From a virus, in the IMG/VR virus record IMGVR_UViG_3300017739_000038: a stretch of DNA of 35,845 bases. One strand, given 5' to 3'. Positions 1 through 7,881 of the stretch are shown here, piece after piece. The notes beneath the pieces are model-generated. The model worked only from the letters and a program-made list of their open reading frames with translations, did not search any database and had not been told where the DNA came from. Position 1 is the stretch's first letter. Every line of letters starts with the position of its first letter. The position numbers and the translations under genes are program-made.

Positions 1-834
1 AATCCACATAAGTTTCCTATCTTTATTTATTGCAACCTTTATAAGAGTTGTTGGGTCAACAGAGAATCCAAAGTCTTGTCCAAATATATAATCAGCATCA
101 TTATTAAATGGTCCTATCTTCCAATTATTAAATACAACTCCTTCTGCTTTGTCTAACCATCCACCCATTATCTGATGATTATATCTATCTGGTCTTCTGC
201 GTCTAATGTCTTCTAATTGTAAAAGAAAAGAATCTGATAGGTTATCAATGTTATCTTTAAATGTTGTGTGTATATATGTAACATTATCTTTCCAGTTATT
301 AGTTCCTGGATTTACAGCTTTAGCTGCAAAGAATCTTTGATATAACCAATGTTCTTTTGTGGCTGGGTTCAATATCATTATAACCCTATTAGGTTTATTC
401 TTAGCTCTGACTGATTGGTCTATCTTATCAAAATCCTCCTCCTTAGTCATCTCTTCAGCTTCATCAAGTACCCATGTAGTTATGCCATTTATAGACTTCA
501 GAGCTGCTGTCTGATTACCTGCTGATGTACGAATGCCTTTGAATATTATAGAGCTTCCAGTGCTTGTGTTTAAGATTTCATCCTTAGTTATTCTAAAATG
601 CTCTACAATATTATATAATTGTAACTTTTCTAGGAACTCTGGAATAATCGAATTAGAAGCACTTATCATAGTGTACCTAGTGAATAGTATCTTATGACCC
701 TGTTCAAACGTTAGAAAGGCTAAAAAGGTGGTTATAGCGAATGATTTACCACTACCTCTACCTCCAGTAATTACAAAGTACCTTGTATCGTTACCAAGTG
801 AATTATATTTCTGATTCAGAACTGGCTTCTTCAT
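1..834 (-). CDS. terL: terminase large subunit, N-terminal ATPase part. The ORF runs off the window start and continues at 35722->35351 (401 aa when joined).
   Basis: Hand translation from the ATG at 834 gives MKKPVLNQKYNSLGNDTRYFVITGGRGSGKSFAITTFLAF... (Walker A GGRGSGKS) and ...GITTWVLDEAEEM (Walker B). 834 nt is exactly 278 codons, and the frame is continuous with ORF 35351..35731 across the end overlap. Confidence 0.9.
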   Translation of the reverse strand, partial: MKKPVLNQKYNSLGNDTRYFVITGGRGSGKSFAITTFLAFLTFEQGHKILFTRYTMISASNSIIPEFLEKLQLYNIVEHFRITKDEILNTSTGSSIIFKGIRTSAGNQTAALKSINGITTWVLDEAEEMTKEEDFDKIDQSVRAKNKPNRVIMILNPATKEHWLYQRFFAAKAVNPGTNNWKDNVTYIHTTFKDNIDNLSDSFLLQLEDIRRRRPDRYNHQIMGGWLDKAEGVVFNNWKIGPFNNDADYIFGQDFGFSVDPTTLIKVAINKDRKLMWI

Positions 835-1207
835 TGTCAAGCTCTATAGTTTTATTATCATCTTGAGTGCCTGTAAAAAGGTTCTTTATATTTATGTTTA
901 CCTTTTGTTGCTTCTCCTCTGGTGCATCAATAGGTTTTCCATACTTATATTCAAACAAAAGCTTAAGATGTGGAAACGATTGCTTTGCTTGTTCTGCTAA
1001 TGATTCCCAAGCTTCTTCTTCGCTTCCAAATACTTTTGACATTGCGTTGAGTGCATAGATTCCAATTCTGTTTCGCTTGGCATTGTTAATAGCAGCAGAA
1101 GATGTGGGTCGTACAACAGGCACGTTTCTAACGCCCTGTTTTCGTCCATTGTTTCTTCGTCCATCATTTTCTTTGACATATTTATATTGTTTAGGTTTTC
1201 TTCCCAT
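803..1207 (-). CDS. putative terminase small subunit (134 aa)
   Basis: ATG at 1207. The N-terminus is basic (GRKPKQYKY..GRRNNGRKQG). The gene ends 32 nt inside terL, the position normally held by terS. LLFEYKYGKP resembles small-terminase motifs. No firm family call. Confidence 0.45.
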   Translation of the reverse strand: MGRKPKQYKYVKENDGRRNNGRKQGVRNVPVVRPTSSAAINNAKRNRIGIYALNAMSKVFGSEEEAWESLAEQAKQSFPHLKLLFEYKYGKPIDAPEEKQQKVNINIKNLFTGTQDDNKTIELDNEEASSESEI

Positions 1208-1481
1208 GTTTTATATATATATAACTGATAGCATCCCAAATTGCATCATTTATCTCTTTCTTACTATATACTTTTGTTCCCATTTTTTTAATCCCATCCT
1301 TCTCAACAATAATTTTAAATTGATGACAAAGAGGAATACAATCCCCAACAGGCTCCCTATAAATCCTATAACCATTGTCAAGGCACCACCTAGCATAGCT
1401 TTGATTGTATCTATTATTATACGGTGGTAAACTCCATTTTTTTTTATATGCATCAATCTCTTTGGCTGACCTTTTTCTCAT
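1191..1481 (-). CDS. hypothetical protein (96 aa)
   Basis: ATG start. It overlaps both neighbours in the same-strand gene chain. No motif recognised. Confidence 0.55.
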   Translation of the reverse strand: MRKRSAKEIDAYKKKWSLPPYNNRYNQSYARWCLDNGYRIYREPVGDCIPLCHQFKIIVEKDGIKKMGTKVYSKKEINDAIWDAISYIYIKHGKKT

Positions 1482-1851
1482 CTAACATCCTCTCTACTTT
1501 TCTTTTTAACTTAAAGTATTTGTTCTTCCAATATGTATCTGGATTATTTGTATATGATTTATCCAGAACATAATTCTTATAGTCATTCATTATCTCTATG
1601 TAAGTTGCATAAAAATTATCTTTATAGAACTTCATAGTCTCAAAATTCTTTAAGCCTACATTTACTGATGCGTGGTCCTTGTTTACTTCTTTGCCTATTC
1701 TTTCTAAAGTATGATGTGTTAAATCTCTGGCAATTCTGTAGTAAATAACTCTACCATAAACATACTCTCTTTTACGTAACTTACTTCTTACATCTGTATC
1801 TAAATGTCTGTTTACTTTTTCTGCTATTGATTCTAATGTTATCTTATTCAT
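1453..1851 (-). CDS. DnaA domain-IV-like helix-turn-helix DNA-binding protein (132 aa)
   Basis: RKREYVYGRVIYYRIARDLTHHTLERIGKEVNKDHASVNVGLKNFE matches the DnaA C-terminal DNA-binding domain pattern (R..aR.iamYl.r.lt..sl..IG....dHstV). Confidence 0.6.
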   Translation of the reverse strand: MNKITLESIAEKVNRHLDTDVRSKLRKREYVYGRVIYYRIARDLTHHTLERIGKEVNKDHASVNVGLKNFETMKFYKDNFYATYIEIMNDYKNYVLDKSYTNNPDTYWKNKYFKLKRKVERMLDEKKVSQRD

Positions 1852-2128
1852 ATAAATCTTTTAAATCTAATATCTCTTTTTGTATCTCACTATAGTTTTT
1901 ATGCTCACTAAATTCTATTGCCCTGTTTATACCTGCACAATATTCATACATTTCTTTTTCTTCATAATTAGGTATTTCTGCAATTATCTCTTGTATAGAT
2001 ATACCCATAAGAATATCTATAAGAGTTAAATAGTAAGCGTATTCTATCTTAATATCATATTCATTATATTGTACCTCTTCTAACAAATTCATTTGGGTCC
2101 TTGCTTTTTCTGATGAAATATTCTTCAT
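1844..2128 (-). CDS. hypothetical protein (94 aa)
   Basis: ATG at 2128, in the gene chain. It overlaps the 3' end of the upstream exonuclease gene by 65 nt; an internal ATG at 2092 is possible. Confidence 0.5.
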   Translation of the reverse strand: MKNISSEKARTQMNLLEEVQYNEYDIKIEYAYYLTLIDILMGISIQEIIAEIPNYEEKEMYEYCAGINRAIEFSEHKNYSEIQKEILDLKDLYE

Positions 2129-2849
2129 AAATATTACAAACTTTTTTTAATTTATGACCAGCCTTCTGCATTGATTCTTCACTAACATCATATATTCCTA
2201 TTTCACCTGTTCCTTTCTCTATAACTAGAAAAGTAAACTTCTGTACATTGTAAAGCTGTTTATATATATAACACTGCATATCATAATGCCATGTGTTTTT
2301 AGCAGTCCAAACCCAACCATCTAACTTGCTAGTAGTCTTTAAATCAATTACATGATTGTCTTTTAGGTAATCTGCTTTACCACGAAATGGATAACCAAAT
2401 ATATTTCCTATCATGGGTATTTCAGCTTTACCTCCTCTTAACAATTCACTTGCTTCTAAATTCTTATGTAGGTGTTTTAACAATGTAGTTAACGCATTAT
2501 ATTCTTTTGTAAGCATAACTTCTTTATGTGGGTTCTCTGACACAAACTCTTTATACTTGTTTGTTGTTCTGGTAGATGAATCAATAAATAAATAATGGTC
2601 ATCTATCTTATGCTCCTCAAGTGCCATCATGTGAAACAAACGTCCTTCTCTAAGTGCAGCAACATTGTTGTTGTTTTCACGCAAAGAGTTTTCATATTGT
2701 TTTGGTGATACAAGTAACTTTTTAGCTGATGATGATGATAAAGCTGCTTCTGACAAATAGCCATAATAAAATTTATCGTCATACATTCTAGATACTAAAT
2801 CTTGTATGTTCCATTGTGTTCCGTCTAGTAAAGTTATTTTCTGATTCAT
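2064..2849 (-). CDS. PD-(D/E)XK exonuclease (Exo VIII / YqaJ-like recombination nuclease), 261 aa from the ATG
   Basis: RGKADYL...VIDLKTT...YDMQCYIYKQL gives a D...(D/E)xK...Y..Q..Y nuclease core. It sits in the same module as Erf. The track start at 2876 is a TTG; the first ATG is at 2849 (MNQKITLL). Confidence 0.65.
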   Translation of the reverse strand: MNQKITLLDGTQWNIQDLVSRMYDDKFYYGYLSEAALSSSSAKKLLVSPKQYENSLRENNNNVAALREGRLFHMMALEEHKIDDHYLFIDSSTRTTNKYKEFVSENPHKEVMLTKEYNALTTLLKHLHKNLEASELLRGGKAEIPMIGNIFGYPFRGKADYLKDNHVIDLKTTSKLDGWVWTAKNTWHYDMQCYIYKQLYNVQKFTFLVIEKGTGEIGIYDVSEESMQKAGHKLKKVCNIYEEYFIRKSKDPNEFVRRGTI

Positions 2850-2876
2850 TATTAAGTCTAATATTATTAAGTCCAA

Positions 2877-3134
2877 TTATTTACTCTCAAGTAGCTTTTG
2901 CAGGTTAGCTAATGCTCTCCATGCAATCTTAGCATCATGATACAAACCGTCTTCGTCTAATGTACCTGCTTCAAGTAAATGTCTTGCTAGTGCATCTAGC
3001 TCATCATTAGACTTATCTCTATCCCAATGCAAAGGTTGACCAGGATTATGTTGTTCGTTTCCTAAGTAACTGACTTTAGATATATATTTTATAGCCAGAG
3101 GAAAATAATTAAGAACACCTGAATATACAGGCAT
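2877..3134 (-). CDS. DUF5664-like protein (dATP/dGTP pyrophosphohydrolase-like), 85 aa from the ATG
   Basis: FPLAIKYISKVSYLGNEQHNPGQPLHW...ELDALARHLLEAG..DEDGLYHDAKIAWRALANLQKLLE fits the pattern P.a...va.v..G..KY...W...dA..RH....D.e.G..H.a. The track start at 3170 is a TTG that overlaps the upstream TGA. Confidence 0.5.
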   Translation of the reverse strand: MPVYSGVLNYFPLAIKYISKVSYLGNEQHNPGQPLHWDRDKSNDELDALARHLLEAGTLDEDGLYHDAKIAWRALANLQKLLESK

Positions 3135-3166
3135 TTCTTTTCTAATCTGATGTTTGCTTTTCTTTC

Positions 3167-3577
3167 TCAAAATTTACACTTTTTACATTTCCAATACTCT
3201 CCTAGTTTATTTAACGTATAAACTAAATCTACTGATTTGTCAAGCTGTTTCCATTTACCTACTCTATCCCAAATATAAGTTACTTTACATTTATCTAAAG
3301 GTACATCTTTTTTATCATCTTCAAAATCATGAGATACTTTTAGTATTGCAGCATCCTTGCCTAGATTTGCACACCAAGAATTTGCCAGACGCTCCAGGAG
3401 TAATCTTTGACCTGTAGGAATATAAGAATCTTTATACTTGACCTCCATTAAAATTAAATACTTATTGTCAAACTCTAAGACAGCGTCTATGTCAGAGGGA
3501 TGCATCTTACCGTTTTGAACACCAGTAAAATCTAAAACCTGTCTTACTCTATCGCTATTTTTTATTAGGCTTTTCAT
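3167..3577 (-). CDS. hypothetical protein with a possible PD-(D/E)XK nuclease core (136 aa)
   Basis: HPSDIDAVLEFDNKYLILMEVKYK is a D...ExK-like arrangement. ATG at 3577. Confidence 0.35.
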   Translation of the reverse strand: MKSLIKNSDRVRQVLDFTGVQNGKMHPSDIDAVLEFDNKYLILMEVKYKDSYIPTGQRLLLERLANSWCANLGKDAAILKVSHDFEDDKKDVPLDKCKVTYIWDRVGKWKQLDKSVDLVYTLNKLGEYWKCKKCKF

Positions 3578-3998
3578 ATTTATTAAATACTTCTTTTAGT
3601 TTATTTAGTTTACTTGCAAAACAACTTCCACAATTTGTTCCTTCTTCTTTAACATTAAATACATAATTATATATGTTTAACAAATCAGTTTGCTGTGCAG
3701 CAGTAACAGTGTTAGTGTTTCTACTAAAGAAAGCATTTAAATAATTATATTGTCCTTCTGATAAACAATTAGGTTTATTATAAGGAAACATCTTATTTAA
3801 TATCTCCTTACGCTTATCACATCCACAATCTTTACCTAGTGCATCAAAGACCGTGTCAACTACTTTTTTAATTCCAGTAGCTTTAGTTATTTTTTCTACA
3901 GTATCACCTAGCCCAATAGATTGCTTTTCATATTTAGCAACCCATTGCTTATATGCCTTAGTTCTTTTGTCTGTAGGTTTTGGTGGTATTTTAGTCAT
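3555..3998 (-). CDS. conserved-looking phage protein with CxC and CxxC pairs (147 aa)
   Basis: GLGDTVEKITKATGIKKVVD...GKDCGCDKRKEILN...GTNCGSCFASK. The start overlaps the sigma-factor gene stop by 8 nt. Confidence 0.55.
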   Translation of the reverse strand: MTKIPPKPTDKRTKAYKQWVAKYEKQSIGLGDTVEKITKATGIKKVVDTVFDALGKDCGCDKRKEILNKMFPYNKPNCLSEGQYNYLNAFFSRNTNTVTAAQQTDLLNIYNYVFNVKEEGTNCGSCFASKLNKLKEVFNKYEKPNKK

Positions 3999-4560
3999 TG
4001 TTATAATTTATTAAGTGAAAGTCTCCGTTTAAATAATCCTCAAAGTCTTCACCAAACTTTGATTGTATCATATCTTTATAATTTTTACAACTATTGAATA
4101 TAGATGTAACACTTATATTAGTTTCTTTAGCCAATTTTCTCATGCTTATATCTGTCTCATAGTAAATCTTAAATAGTTTTCTATCGTACCAATGCTCCCA
4201 GTTTTCTACTTCAGATTTTATTTTACCTATTATTTTCTCTTCAGCAGAATGTTTTGCATAATTATAATTATCTGATTCACCATCAACAATTTCATAAGTG
4301 ACCTCATAATCATCTAATCTAATTATCTTATGTTTACCTTTAGCTTTAGAATAATCTGTCCAAAGATTCTTAAGAGTTACATATACATAAAACTTATTAA
4401 CTTCAGTTTCATTATACATAATTTTCTTTACGTCTTTGATGTATTTATTAAATCTCAAATAAAGCTCATGCACAAAATCTTCTACCAGATGTCTTGGTAT
4501 TCCAATAGACAATCCCATTGCTATCCAAGTACTATGATTTTTAGATAATAACTCAAGCAT
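3991..4560 (-). CDS. sigma-70 family (ECF-like) RNA polymerase sigma factor (189 aa)
   Basis: The region-2-like segment is VEDFVHELYLRF...FYVYVTLKNLWTDYSK. The region-4-like HTH is DISMRKLAKETNISVTSIFNSCKNYKDMI. Confidence 0.65.
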   Translation of the reverse strand: MLELLSKNHSTWIAMGLSIGIPRHLVEDFVHELYLRFNKYIKDVKKIMYNETEVNKFYVYVTLKNLWTDYSKAKGKHKIIRLDDYEVTYEIVDGESDNYNYAKHSAEEKIIGKIKSEVENWEHWYDRKLFKIYYETDISMRKLAKETNISVTSIFNSCKNYKDMIQSKFGEDFEDYLNGDFHLINYNND

Positions 4561-4705
4561 CCTTAAAGATAAAAATATTTATCCAAAATATACCTAAACT
4601 AAACCTTATTAATTCTACTGTAGAATCAACGTTAGGTATTTCTATGTCATCAACATAATCAATACCTATCATAAAACCTTTTATAAACTCAAATTGTATA
4701 TTCAT
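4553..4705 (-). CDS. small hypothetical protein (50 aa, hydrophobic C-terminus)
   Basis: Hand translation: MNIQFEFIKGFMIGIDYVDDIEIPNVDSTVELIRFSLGIFWINIFIFKDA. There is a TAATG overlap with the rusA stop and an 8-nt overlap with the sigma gene start. Confidence 0.5.
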   Translation of the reverse strand: MNIQFEFIKGFMIGIDYVDDIEIPNVDSTVELIRFSLGIFWINIFIFKDA

Positions 4706-5115
4706 TAGTATTCAAATTGTACTTTAATTTTGTCTTCTGGTCCAAAATATTTAACCATGTTTTTTATCTCTACTATGTTCTGGTCTTGCTCATATACCAA
4801 ACCCTCTAAAGCATCAAAAAATGCTTTGTTAAGATTGTCATGCAAGTCAGGCATTGTTGTTTTTGGAACTCTAGGTAATCTTCTTTTTTTTGCAAGACTC
4901 TTAGGGTACGCATAAACATACTCTATATAATTTACTACAATAGGGCAACCAGAAGTAATAATATTAAACTCCTCTGGTAGCTGCTCACTAGCCAATGTTC
5001 TAACATATTTTTGATAATCTACCACCTTTTTAGGTTTATACTTTATTCCATTTCTACCAAATTTAACTGATTGATGTGGCATTGGTCTTAAATTAAACTC
5101 AAATGTTAATATCAT
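4705..5115 (-). CDS. rusA: RusA-family Holliday junction resolvase (136 aa)
   Basis: ...KPKKVVDYQKYV...PDLHDNLNKAFFDALEGLVYEQDQNIVEI matches the RusA catalytic region (PD.DNl.K...Dal.g....DD.qv). Confidence 0.7.
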   Translation of the reverse strand: MILTFEFNLRPMPHQSVKFGRNGIKYKPKKVVDYQKYVRTLASEQLPEEFNIITSGCPIVVNYIEYVYAYPKSLAKKRRLPRVPKTTMPDLHDNLNKAFFDALEGLVYEQDQNIVEIKNMVKYFGPEDKIKVQFEY

Positions 5116-5948
5116 ATGTTTAAAAATGGTTCTGTATTTATGTTAGACGGTATTGAGTCTTGTATATAAGGCAAACCGTCTGACTCTACTCTAAAAGCAA
5201 ATGGGTCAAAAGGATAACCTCTGGACCTTCTGCATTTAACAACAGCTAAATCTCTATCATCATGTGACAAATTTAAGGTTATTTGTGTTTCTGTTTTCTT
5301 TTCCATGAAAGAACCTAAATGACCAGTAGCTTTATCACTATTAAAATTAGAATGTATGACAGTAATAATATGGATGTTTAGGTCTTGTGTCCATTTCATC
5401 AGATGCTGTATCAACTTATTAGATTGAACTAAATCATTGCTATCTAAAATTAAATCTGCTATACCGTCTATAATTACAAGACCAGGATTACTTACATTGT
5501 ATAAATGCCAGTTAATAAAATCTAATCTTTCAAATGCAGAGTATTCTCTGAGTGCATAAGTTTGATAGTCTGATACATCATCACACATTCTAACAACTCT
5601 GTTGAATGTTCTTTGAGCATGAAATCTTCCTTGCTCTGTATCATAATGAATTAACTTCTTTTTCTTTCTTACACCCATTAGGTCTTTAGTATATTTCTTG
5701 TCGCAAGATAAATATGATGCTGCTAGTAAAGAAACTAAAAATGTCTTTTTGCTTTTAGGTGCAGCAGATATAAAACTAAAGTTGCCATAAGTTCCTATGG
5801 GAAGTGGGATAGGATTGTTTCCACCTGTTGTACCCTTCGAGATAGCGATTGGAGGATACTCAATCTTTTCGAGTGGGTCAACATAACTTTGTTGTAATAT
5901 CTTTTGGTATCTTTCTTCATAGTCTAGTTTTGTTTGTGTTATTTTCAT
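5112..5948 (-). CDS. RecA-fold (DnaB-C / AAA_25-like) ATPase, probable replicative helicase or loader (278 aa from the ATG)
   Basis: Deviant Walker A is SAAPKSKKTFLVSLL. Walker B is GLVIIDGIADL, followed by NIHIITVIHSN. The track start at 5954 is a TTG; the ATG is at 5948. Confidence 0.55.
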   Translation of the reverse strand: MKITQTKLDYEERYQKILQQSYVDPLEKIEYPPIAISKGTTGGNNPIPLPIGTYGNFSFISAAPKSKKTFLVSLLAASYLSCDKKYTKDLMGVRKKKKLIHYDTEQGRFHAQRTFNRVVRMCDDVSDYQTYALREYSAFERLDFINWHLYNVSNPGLVIIDGIADLILDSNDLVQSNKLIQHLMKWTQDLNIHIITVIHSNFNSDKATGHLGSFMEKKTETQITLNLSHDDRDLAVVKCRRSRGYPFDPFAFRVESDGLPYIQDSIPSNINTEPFLNI

Positions 5949-6237
5949 GTTCAAGTTTAGTTTTTAGCAGTTGATTAACTAAATGTTTAATGCTTTGTGA
6001 AACCTCTCCAGGTTTCTTCATTTTATTTTTATTAGATATATCATGTGCAAACACACTAACATCTAATCTGTCATAATAAAAATCAGCATCAGTGTTAAGT
6101 ATAGTTTCTATTTTTCTTAACATCTGCCACTCTACAAATAAGGAACTGATTTTTTCTAAATTGTCCTCATTTAATTCAAAGGCTTGATATACAAACCAAG
6201 CACACATTCTTTCTAATAATATATATTCTTTACTCAT
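5917..6237 (-). CDS. hypothetical protein (106 aa from the ATG at 6237)
   Basis: MSKEYILLERMCAWFVYQAF... The ATG lies 4 nt after the U-tract of the terminator at 6241-6264. The longer track ORF would read through that hairpin. Confidence 0.5.
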   Translation of the reverse strand: MSKEYILLERMCAWFVYQAFELNEDNLEKISSLFVEWQMLRKIETILNTDADFYYDRLDVSVFAHDISNKNKMKKPGEVSQSIKHLVNQLLKTKLEHENNTNKTRL

Positions 6238-6240
6238 AAT

Positions 6241-6264
6241 AAAAAAGGGGACCGAAGTCCCCTC
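6241..6264 (-). terminator. rho-independent terminator (minus sense)
   Basis: Minus strand reads GAGGGGAC-TTCG-GTCCCC followed by TTTTTT: a perfect 6-bp GC stem with a UUCG tetraloop and a U6 tail. Confidence 0.75.
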
Positions 6265-6280
6265 AACCATGAACACAAAC

Positions 6281-6544
6281 TTAGAAAGGTAAGCTTTCGT
6301 CCTGCGTAGCTGCTGCTGTAGATTGCTCTAATTTTTCAGCTACAGTTATTTTACCGTCAGTCCAAAAGATTCTGCCGTTACCAATATAATTTCTTGGTTT
6401 GCCAGATTCCCTTTCTTCTTTTGTCTGTTCTTCGTACATTTTTACGTTTTGACCATACTCATTGGTATCGTCATTTATAGATAGTGTATAATTTTTATAT
6501 GTACCATCTTTTGTTTTAATACTTATTGTACCTAATGAACTCAT
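6281..6544 (-). CDS. small putative ssDNA-binding protein with an SSB-like acidic C-terminal tip (87 aa from the ATG)
   Basis: The protein ends ...AAATQDESLPF (compare the bacterial SSB tail D-D-D-I-P-F). It lies directly downstream of erf. The track start at 6562 is a TTG; the ATG is at 6544. Confidence 0.45.
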   Translation of the reverse strand: MSSLGTISIKTKDGTYKNYTLSINDDTNEYGQNVKMYEEQTKEERESGKPRNYIGNGRIFWTDGKITVAEKLEQSTAAATQDESLPF

Positions 6545-6548
6545 ATAT

Positions 6549-7106
6549 TTAATTTGTGGCAAGTAATGCCATTTCTGTTTCTTTTGTTATTCTGTATTTT
6601 TTCATAATATCAGTAATGTCCCCACCGTCTTTTATATACTTAGAAGCTTTAACAAAAGCTTGTGTGTTTGATGATAAAAGAGGTTTATTGTTGTCTTTCT
6701 CTGACGCATTATGTTGATTAGTAGCGTCTGAGTCTTTGGTATCATCTAATAAAAATAGATTACCAATCGCATATTTCTTAGCATAAGATGAAGCTGCACC
6801 TGTTCTTTGTGGATGCTGCATACCTTTTGCGTTGAAATCTAAAACTGCTTGTGCAGATGATTCTATCTGCATATTAGGTTCCTCACAATCTATCAACTTT
6901 GCAGTTGCTTCAATATATGGAAACTCACCTACGATTTTTAATTTATCGTGCATCTTTAATACGCATTTCTGTTTCTTAAGATGTGGTTTAAGTGCTTCAA
7001 GAATATCTTCTGCACTTCTATACTTATAGCCACCAAATTTATTTAATTGATTTTTTGGTGCCTTAAGTTCTGTAGTAATTTTAAGTAATTTCTCTGTTAT
7101 ATTCAT
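6549..7106 (-). CDS. erf: Erf-family single-strand annealing protein (185 aa)
   Basis: KFGGYKYRSAEDILEALKPHLKK...QRTGAASSYAKKYAIGNLFLLDDTKDSD matches the ERF signature (f.Y..le.i...v.p.l....Q..Gsa.tYa.RY.l...l...dD). Confidence 0.8.
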   Translation of the reverse strand: MNITEKLLKITTELKAPKNQLNKFGGYKYRSAEDILEALKPHLKKQKCVLKMHDKLKIVGEFPYIEATAKLIDCEEPNMQIESSAQAVLDFNAKGMQHPQRTGAASSYAKKYAIGNLFLLDDTKDSDATNQHNASEKDNNKPLLSSNTQAFVKASKYIKDGGDITDIMKKYRITKETEMALLATN

Positions 7107-7138
7107 AATAAAAGTTTGCTAAATATAACAAAATTTTA

Positions 7139-7498
7139 TCAATATAACCAAATAGCAGGTTTTTTTTGGTCGTCATTATCTACATGAATAAATGTTTTTG
7201 CTATGCCAAACCTTCTAAAACCAACCATTGACAAGCCTTCTATTATCTTTAATCTTTTATTAACATTTGTACAATGTATATCAGCAGCTCTGCCAATTAA
7301 ATGACTTGATGTAGATAAACCACCAACCTTCCTATTGTGTTGAGGTGTTCTATAACCAGAGTTAATTTTAAACTGCACACCAGCTATGTCTCTAGCTTCG
7401 TCTAAACAATCTAAAAACTCCCAGTCCATAAACTTTTCACCACTACCAGGATAATCTGGAGAATCAAACTCTTCTAACTTAAAATATCTTAATTCCAT
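7139..7498 (-). CDS. peptidase M15 (VanY / D-Ala-D-Ala carboxypeptidase-like) endolysin (119 aa)
   Basis: INSGYRTPQHNRKVGGLSTSSHLIGRAADI...FIHVD carries the zinc-ligand pattern H..G.A.D...H.D. Confidence 0.8.
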   Translation of the reverse strand: MELRYFKLEEFDSPDYPGSGEKFMDWEFLDCLDEARDIAGVQFKINSGYRTPQHNRKVGGLSTSSHLIGRAADIHCTNVNKRLKIIEGLSMVGFRRFGIAKTFIHVDNDDQKKPAIWLY

Positions 7499-7610
7499 TT
7501 TTTTTATATATTTGCATTTACGTAGCAGTAAATCTACGATAAAAATTACTAAACTTCAATAGAGATATTGTTGGAACAGATAATTAGAATTTTGTTTTTC
7601 TTGTAGGGAC

Positions 7611-7654
7611 TTTTTCTTTTCTTTCTTTTTGTCCTTTTTCTTTCTTTTCTTTTA
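7611..7654. repeat. 44-nt polypyrimidine (plus) / polypurine (minus) tract
   Basis: tttttcttttctttctttttgtcctttttctttcttttctttta has one G interruption. On the minus strand it reads AAAGAAAAGAAAG... immediately after the stop of the 45-aa basic ORF. Confidence 0.9.
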
Positions 7655-7792
7655 TTATATTCTACCTTGACCTCTATACTTTTTCTTATAGGCATTCTGA
7701 TTCCTACTAGCATTCTTTGAATGAACACCAGGTCTCTTCTTTTTCTTAGGAGGAATATAAATATATACCTTAGGTCTTTTTACCTTAGGCAT
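7655..7792 (-). CDS. micro-ORF encoding a highly basic 45-aa peptide
   Basis: Hand translation: MPKVKRPKVYIYIPPKKKKRPGVHSKNASRNQNAYKKKYRGQGRI. ATG start, located between the holin and endolysin genes. Confidence 0.35.
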   Translation of the reverse strand: MPKVKRPKVYIYIPPKKKKRPGVHSKNASRNQNAYKKKYRGQGRI

Positions 7793-7823
7793 TATCTACA
7801 AATGCAAAAATCGCAGTTACAAT

Positions 7824-7880
7824 TCATCTCTTTTTCTTTTTAGTTTTTCTACGTTTCTTTTTATAATGTGTACCAGGCAT
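7824..7880 (-). CDS. micro-ORF encoding an 18-aa poly-basic peptide
   Basis: Hand translation: MPGTHYKKKRRKTKKKKR. The ATG lies 1 nt after the holin stop. The N-terminus resembles that of the 59-aa ORF at 18239..18418. Confidence 0.25.
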   Translation of the reverse strand: MPGTHYKKKRRKTKKKKR

Positions 7881-7881
7881 A

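Noticed and set aside
1-123. The end repeat as a genuine direct terminal repeat or LTR
   Set aside because: It interrupts the terL reading frame, which is continuous across the junction. It is an assembly overlap.
867-1430. Antisense and alternative-frame track ORFs (for example 867..1058+, 997..1239-, 1077..1430+, 1250..1456-, 9901..10113+, 11092..11298-, 27559..27783-, 21948..22205+)
   Set aside because: All are nested in or opposite longer ORFs that have recognisable protein features. Their translations are low-complexity or hydrophobic, as expected from AT-rich shadows.
7507-7514. Perfect TAnnTTTG box (tatatttg) on the plus strand, and other such boxes
   Set aside because: Given the base composition this 8-mer is expected roughly 50 times in the window by chance. 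Without a -33 partner or a downstream gene it carries no information.
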